Shown here one piece after another: positions 58,774-64,000 of a DNA stretch of 64,000 bases (positions within the stretch are counted from its first letter, which is position 1; the number at the start of each line of letters is the position of its first letter). This DNA is from an uncultured bacterium (lineage in GTDB: Bacteria > JAGOEH01), in assembly GCA_964632485.1 (NCBI GenBank), contig CAZWDO010000006.1:124001-188000 (forward strand), written 5' to 3'. The notes below the pieces were generated by a model. It saw only the letters and a program-made list of their open reading frames with translations, was not told the DNA's origin and ran no database searches. Position numbers and translations under genes: made by a program.

Positions 58774-59394
58774 ATGGATTTTATCGTACGTTTGTTTATT
58801 GATGGCGGAGCGACCATGATAGTGATTGGTTTTTTTAATTTGATCGCTTTGTTTATCGTACTGGAACGGATCTTTTTTTTATATTTTCGCGCAAATATCA
58901 ATGCGCATCGTTTTATGGACCGGATTTACGCAATGTTTAAAGAGAAACAGATCAATGAAGCGATTACGCTTTGCAATCAACGGAACAAACCCTTTACGAA
59001 ACTGATTGGCGCGGCATTGCAGAATTATGAGAATACCGACCGCGGCATTCAGGATTCCATGGATGAAGTGTTTTTGACGGAATCGCCGCGGATCAAACGT
59101 TACACTCCGTTTTTAACGGTGATCGGCCAGATTGCAACCCTGTTGGGATTGTTGGGAACGATTGTCGGATTGATCGAAGCGTTTGATGCGTTGGCCGGTA
59201 CGGGGGCTGCGGATCGGACGGAACAGTTGGCGCTGGGCATCTCGAAAGCCATGGCAACTACGGCCTATGGGTTGATTGTGGCTGTGTTTTGTATTTTTAC
59301 TTTTGCGTTTCTGAATCTGAAGATTGATCGAATCATTGACGACATTGATGAATATTCGGTCAAAATTGTTAATTTCATCCATAAATACCGTTAA
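58774..59394 (+). CDS. MotA/TolQ/ExbB proton channel protein (copy 1)
   Basis: Three TM segments; ATLLGLLGTIVGLIEAF and GISKAMATTAYGLIVA. Confidence 0.93.
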   Translation: MDFIVRLFIDGGATMIVIGFFNLIALFIVLERIFFLYFRANINAHRFMDRIYAMFKEKQINEAITLCNQRNKPFTKLIGAALQNYENTDRGIQDSMDEVFLTESPRIKRYTPFLTVIGQIATLLGLLGTIVGLIEAFDALAGTGAADRTEQLALGISKAMATTAYGLIVAVFCIFTFAFLNLKIDRIIDDIDEYSVKIVNFIHKYR

Positions 59395-59409
59395 ACAAGG
59401 AGAGAGCCC

Positions 59410-59871
59410 ATGCCATTTGCTGTCTCCAAACGAGCAAAAAAACATTTTGTCTTTCGTGAGTTGGATATTGTTGCAATTTTAAATATTTTTCTGTTGCTGA
59501 TCCCTTTTCTTTTATACTCCGTCGTTTTTTCGCGTATGGTCGCGCTTAATCTGCGGTTGCCTGAACGCGATAAAACCGAACAGAGCAAGCCATCCTCACT
59601 GAAAAAGCCTGCTCTCAAACCTTTGAGATTATTTATTGGTACGGATTCGCTACGTTTTTTCGCCGATACCACCCGACTGAGTGGTTTGCCTTTTTCTATC
59701 CTGGAAGATTCCCGAACCATCAAAAACATTTTAACAGAAATTGCGCAGGAAAATCCTGATTACAAAACTCTGGTAATGATACCCAATGACTCTATCCAGT
59801 ATCAATCAATTATCGCTATTATGGATATTTCCCGTCAAGCTGGTTTTAAAAAAATATCGATGTCCTACTAA
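59410..59871 (+). CDS. ExbD/TolR family protein (Asn at the conserved TM Asp position)
   Basis: ELDIVAILNIFLLLIPFLL TM segment; C-terminal YQSIIAIMDISRQAGFKKIS. Confidence 0.88.
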   Translation: MPFAVSKRAKKHFVFRELDIVAILNIFLLLIPFLLYSVVFSRMVALNLRLPERDKTEQSKPSSLKKPALKPLRLFIGTDSLRFFADTTRLSGLPFSILEDSRTIKNILTEIAQENPDYKTLVMIPNDSIQYQSIIAIMDISRQAGFKKISMSY

Positions 59872-59885
59872 AGGGAGTGTAATTT

Positions 59886-60434
59886 ATGCCGTTTCCAGTA
59901 TCAAAACGATTCGAAAACCGCTTCCATATAAAAGTACGTGATCGGGAATACTCCCATTTAAATATCACTTCTTTGCTGGATATGTTTATTATTGTACTTT
60001 TTTTTCTGTTAAAAACGTATACCGTGGAAGGAAAAATTCCACCCGTATCCGAAAAACTTATTCTTCCTAAAACCGTTTCTAAAGATGTCGTAAAAAATTA
60101 CGGGATTGTCGTTTATATTACAAAAGAACGTCTTTATTGCCAGGCAAAAGAACTCTATTCTGTGGAAGATTTAAAAAAACAGAAATCTTTAAAAATCGAT
60201 TCGCTTTTCATGATGTTGCGTGAGAACTATGAGATAACCGAACAGTTTATAGCCACGCATCAAATTGATGAACAGAACGCGCGCAATATTAGAGGAATTC
60301 TAACGATTGTCGGTGATGGAGAAGTTCCCTACCAAATCATGAAACGAATTATCTATACCTGTTATCTCACCGGATATAATAATATCTTCCTGGCAAGTCA
60401 GGAAGCCGGTTCTGATAAGATAACTTATTTTTAA
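59886..60434 (+). CDS. ExbD/TolR family protein
   Basis: LNITSLLDMFIIVLFFLL TM segment with conserved Asp; GDGEVPYQIMKRII. Confidence 0.9.
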   Translation: MPFPVSKRFENRFHIKVRDREYSHLNITSLLDMFIIVLFFLLKTYTVEGKIPPVSEKLILPKTVSKDVVKNYGIVVYITKERLYCQAKELYSVEDLKKQKSLKIDSLFMMLRENYEITEQFIATHQIDEQNARNIRGILTIVGDGEVPYQIMKRIIYTCYLTGYNNIFLASQEAGSDKITYF

Positions 60435-60474
60435 TGTTAGCTAAACCTTTATTCCATACTAAAAGGGTGGACCG

Positions 60475-61485
60475 ATGAAAGAAAAAAAACGCTTAGGTGA
60501 TATCCTCAGGGAGCAGGGGAAGATAACCGAGGACCAAATTCAACAAACACTACTCGTTCAAAAGGAAAGTGGCGGCCGTCTGGGTGGTAATCTGGTGCGA
60601 CTCGGTATCTGCTCTGCGGACGAAGTTACCGATGCGGTCATCGTACAATTCACTTTATCCGAGATTGATTCTCTCAGCGGATATTTAATTGATATTTCCA
60701 CTATTATGATAGTCCCTTATCATTTGGCTAAAAAAAATTCAATCATCCCTATTGAGCTGGATGGTCAGATTCTGCTGATGGCCAGCAGTAAACCCATCTC
60801 CTCCGAACTCTCTGGTGAGATATCCAGGACTACCGGATTCACTCCAAAATCATTTATCTTACCGGAAAAAATTATCCAGGACTCCATTTCTGAGTACTAT
60901 GCTCCTGTACTGGCGTTGAAGAGATCATGGCTGGATGATGATCGTCTCAGAAGCGGCATATTGATTTCTTTATTGATTCTTCTTCTTTTGCTTTTAGTAT
61001 GTAATTTTAAAAAGCATTTTAATTCATACGTGGACCCTCGTACCGCTAAAAAAAGTACCAGTATCATATCCGAAATGGCTCCTATCGATTTTCTCACAGA
61101 AGATGAAATGGATGTCATTCAGTTAACCCAGATGGTGGAAGATGCTCATACCAGTCTGGAAGGTGAAATTTTCCTGAAAGAGGGACGGGATGTACGTAAA
61201 CAGGAAGATGTGATTAGAATTTTACGGATGAATTACGATGATCTGATCCGGCTTTATAATCGCTATTTGCGACGCTATCCCAATATCAAGGGTAAAGTCA
61301 TCTTTGATGTAACGATTAATGCTGCTGGGAAAGTGGTTAAAGTTATAATTATATCATCTGAAATCAGCGATAACGTATTTGTTCAAAGCGCGATTGATGT
61401 CATTAAAGAATGGCGTTTTCAAGCGATTGAAGTTGATGTGGATGCGGTTTTGCGTTTCCCCTTCGATTTTAAAATCGCTCAATAA
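60475..61485 (+). CDS. MshEN/GspE-N domain + TM + TonB-C (AgmX/PglI-type) fusion protein
   Basis: Tandem RLG motifs at the N-terminus, one TM helix (GILISLLILLLLLLV), C-terminal LYNRYLRRYPNIKGKVIFDVTINAAGKV...WRF...FPFDF. Confidence 0.82.
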   Translation: MKEKKRLGDILREQGKITEDQIQQTLLVQKESGGRLGGNLVRLGICSADEVTDAVIVQFTLSEIDSLSGYLIDISTIMIVPYHLAKKNSIIPIELDGQILLMASSKPISSELSGEISRTTGFTPKSFILPEKIIQDSISEYYAPVLALKRSWLDDDRLRSGILISLLILLLLLLVCNFKKHFNSYVDPRTAKKSTSIISEMAPIDFLTEDEMDVIQLTQMVEDAHTSLEGEIFLKEGRDVRKQEDVIRILRMNYDDLIRLYNRYLRRYPNIKGKVIFDVTINAAGKVVKVIIISSEISDNVFVQSAIDVIKEWRFQAIEVDVDAVLRFPFDFKIAQ

Positions 61486-61517
61486 ATTAAACCAAAATTC
61501 AAACGGGGAGATATACG

Positions 61518-62138
61518 ATGGACTTTATTGTACGTTTGTTTGTTGATGGCGGCGCAACCATGATAGTGATTGGTTTTTTTAATTTGATCGCCTTGTTTAT
61601 CGTACTGGAACGGATCTTTTTTTTATATTTTCGAGCGAATATTAACGCGCATCGCTTCATGGATCGGATTTATGCGATGTTTAAAGAAAAAAAGATCAAT
61701 GAAGCGATTACGCTTTGCAATCAACGGAACAAACCGTTTACGAAACTGATCGGCGCAGCATTGCAGAATTATGAGAATACCGACCGCAGCATTCAGGATT
61801 CCATGGATGAAGTGTTTTTGACGGAATCGCCGCGGATCAAACGTTATACTCCGTTTTTAACGGTAATCGGCCAGATTGCGACGTTGTTGGGATTGTTAGG
61901 AACGATTGTCGGATTGATTGAAGCGTTTGATGCGTTGGCCGGGACGGGGGCTGCGGACCGGACGGAACAGTTGGCGCTGGGCATCTCGAAAGCCATGGCA
62001 ACCACGGCCTACGGGTTGATAGTGGCTGTGTTTTGTATTTTTACTTTCGCCTTTCTGAATCTGAAAATCGATCAGCTCGTTGATGACATTGATGAATATT
62101 CAGTTAAAATTGTCAATTTTATTCACAAATTCCGCTAA
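61518..62138 (+). CDS. MotA/TolQ/ExbB proton channel protein (copy 2)
   Basis: 199 of 206 aa identical to 58774-59394. Confidence 0.93.
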   Translation: MDFIVRLFVDGGATMIVIGFFNLIALFIVLERIFFLYFRANINAHRFMDRIYAMFKEKKINEAITLCNQRNKPFTKLIGAALQNYENTDRSIQDSMDEVFLTESPRIKRYTPFLTVIGQIATLLGLLGTIVGLIEAFDALAGTGAADRTEQLALGISKAMATTAYGLIVAVFCIFTFAFLNLKIDQLVDDIDEYSVKIVNFIHKFR

Positions 62139-62143
62139 GTTTA

Positions 62144-62851
62144 ATGGGAGATAGCTCTTTACCGGCGCATGTCGCGATCATTATGGACGGGAATGGTCGA
62201 TGGGCCAAACAACGTTTTCTACCTCGCTTGATGGGACACCGCGCCGGAATCAAAACAGTAAAAAAAATTGTGCGGCATGCCGGTCAAATCGGTATCCGCT
62301 TTTTGACCTTGTATACCTTTTCTACTGAAAATTGGAAACGCCCTCCCGAAGAAATCTCCGGTTTGATGAAACTGCTCTATGATAATTTGTTCAGTGAAAC
62401 TGACGAACTTAATCAAAATCAGGTGCGGTTGCGTACAATCGGCGATACGGGTCAACTTCCTGATTCGGTACAATTCGCTTTAAAAAAGGCGATTGAAAAA
62501 CTGAATGATAATACTGGTCTGACGCTGATTCTGGCGCTTAATTATGGGAGTCGGAATGAAATCGGCCGCGCGATCGCCCGCTTGGCCCGCGACGTGGAAA
62601 CTCAACAGTTAAAAGTATCAGATATCAATGAGTTAACCCTCGCATCCTACTTAGATACCGCCGATTTTCCCGACCCGGAGCTTATTATCCGGACTTCCGG
62701 AGAATTCAGATTATCAAATTTTTTAATGTACCAGTCTGCATACAGTGAATACTATATCACTGAAAAATTTTGGCCAGATTTTGACGAACAGGAATTTGAC
62801 CGGGCTCTATCTTCGTTTGCTATTCGTAACCGTCGATACGGGGGTATCTGA
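62144..62851 (+). CDS. uppS: Undecaprenyl/polyprenyl diphosphate synthase
   Basis: HVAIIMDGNGRWA, FSTENWKRP, ALNYGSR, IRTSGEFRLSNF and RRYGG motifs. Confidence 0.97.
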   Translation: MGDSSLPAHVAIIMDGNGRWAKQRFLPRLMGHRAGIKTVKKIVRHAGQIGIRFLTLYTFSTENWKRPPEEISGLMKLLYDNLFSETDELNQNQVRLRTIGDTGQLPDSVQFALKKAIEKLNDNTGLTLILALNYGSRNEIGRAIARLARDVETQQLKVSDINELTLASYLDTADFPDPELIIRTSGEFRLSNFLMYQSAYSEYYITEKFWPDFDEQEFDRALSSFAIRNRRYGGI

Positions 62852-63652
62852 TTGCTTCTCCGTATTCTTTCCGCCGCAGCATTGATCCCTGTCGTACTTG
62901 CCATTTCATGGTTCGGTGATTGGCCGCTTGTACTTTTTATTTTTGTGGTCCAATTGCTGGCGTTATGGGAATTAAATTCCTTAAATTGCCTTAAGGGTAA
63001 CCAGGATTTAAGAGAATGGATATTGTTACCTCTCTTAGGTACCCTCCTGTTTGCTTATCTGAAACTGAAAATACCTGTATGGATTTTCCCCGCTGGTTCT
63101 TTTACTCTTTGGATGGTTTTTCAAATTATTCGTAAGCGATTACCAGATGGTGGGTTAATTGAGGCTGCTGTTTTTGTGTTTTCTATGGCTTATTTAGTAT
63201 TGCCCGGTTGGTGCTGGTTCCAGCTCAGAGAACTTGAAAATGGTTTTTTTCTGTTGATACTTTGTTATTTGGGCACTTGGTTACCCGATACGGGGGGGTA
63301 TTTTTTTGGCAGCGTTTGGGGCAAACACAAAATTACTCCCTTGTTGAGCCCCAAAAAAAGCTGGGAAGGATTGATCGGCGGTTTATTTATAACGCTGCTG
63401 GGCTTGATCCTTTGGTTCAAAAATTCCTGGTTTCCGGCTCCGGCATTCTGGAATTATACTGTAATCGTTTTTTATGCTATTTTGATCTGTATTGTTGGGT
63501 TTGTGGGTGATATTTTTGAGAGTATGTTGAAACGGGATTGTGGCGTAAAAGATTCTTCGAGTATTATCCCCGGACATGGCGGGGTTTTAGATCGTATGGA
63601 CAGTTTTTATTTTAATATTGTTTTTACTTATCTATTTACATTTTTGTTATGA
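62852..63652 (+). CDS. cdsA: Phosphatidate cytidylyltransferase
   Basis: DTGGYFFG, SPKKSWEG and GDIFESMLKR..GVKDS..IIPGHGGVLDRMDS motifs. Confidence 0.96.
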   Translation: MLLRILSAAALIPVVLAISWFGDWPLVLFIFVVQLLALWELNSLNCLKGNQDLREWILLPLLGTLLFAYLKLKIPVWIFPAGSFTLWMVFQIIRKRLPDGGLIEAAVFVFSMAYLVLPGWCWFQLRELENGFFLLILCYLGTWLPDTGGYFFGSVWGKHKITPLLSPKKSWEGLIGGLFITLLGLILWFKNSWFPAPAFWNYTVIVFYAILICIVGFVGDIFESMLKRDCGVKDSSSIIPGHGGVLDRMDSFYFNIVFTYLFTFLL

Positions 63653-64000
63653 AAAAACGAATCATCCTTTTAGGTAGTACTGGTTCGATTGGTGAGAACA
63701 CCCTGGAAATCGTTCGCCGTTTCCCTGACCAATTTGAAATTATTAGCTTAGTTGCGCATTTGCAGTGGGAAAAATTAGCTAATCAGATTCAGGAATTCAA
63801 ACCCCAAAAAGTAGCGCTTTTCGATCCGGATGCGGCGATATCGCTCCGGAAGGTCAATCCGGCTTGTAGCGTTTTGACAGGTACTGAGGGGATTTTAGAG
63901 ATATTGGACACGGTGGATTGCGATATTTTGGTTAACGCAATTGTTGGGATGAATGGTTTGATTCCAACCTGGCATGCCGTGGGGCGGATTCCGCGAATTG
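63649..64000 (+). CDS. dxr: 1-deoxy-D-xylulose-5-phosphate reductoisomerase (3'-truncated by window edge)
   Basis: MKKRIILLGSTGSIGENTLEIV...VNAIVG; follows uppS-cdsA. Confidence 0.95.
   Translation, partial: MKKRIILLGSTGSIGENTLEIVRRFPDQFEIISLVAHLQWEKLANQIQEFKPQKVALFDPDAAISLRKVNPACSVLTGTEGILEILDTVDCDILVNAIVGMNGLIPTWHAVGRIPRI

Larger units (their letters stand above)
58774..62138 (+). repeat. 621-bp direct repeat (58774-59394 and 61518-62138)
   Basis: Near-identical nucleotide sequence from ATG to stop, with many synonymous differences. Confidence 0.95.

Noticed and set aside
1-64000. CRISPR arrays, transposases, prophage genes, rRNA
   Set aside because: No repeat-spacer periodicity or recognisable motifs found by reading.

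Overview
A 64-kb, gene-dense, moderately AT-rich bacterial chromosomal segment, probably from a draft or metagenome assembly (one 10-N gap at 6398-6407). It is mostly housekeeping. Core genes include rny-ymdB-folD-xseA-crcB, mscL, rlmH, thiI/nifS-like, glyA, purN, tig-clpP-clpX-engB-rnz-rsmI-fadD-dxs-nadK, ftcD, malQ, a sigma-70-like gene with tRNA(CAU), a Zn-ribbon gene and rnpB, and uppS-cdsA-dxr. DUF3078-, DUF4837- and GWxTD-like genes point, by inference only, to a diderm FCB-group or candidate-phylum organism. No CRISPR array, prophage, rRNA or transposase was seen. Most notable: (1) an ExbB-ExbD-ExbD-TonB-like motor locus, bracketed by two near-identical exbB copies, whose TonB/AgmX-PglI-type transducer carries a tandem MshEN (c-di-GMP-binding) motif; (2) an RpoD-sized sigma factor in the usual rpoD locus that lacks the conserved region 2.3/2.4 residues; (3) a compact RNase P RNA apparently lacking P13/P14; (4) a Bacteroides-type serine palmitoyltransferase plus reductase pair; (5) a dlt-like ligase-ACP-MBOAT-SGNH acylation cassette; (6) atypical folate enzymes (archaeal-type GlyA, FolD without the YxxxK lysine); (7) two small unannotated proteins and several unexplained structured non-coding segments. 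Family assignments come from motif recognition by eye; no searches were run.
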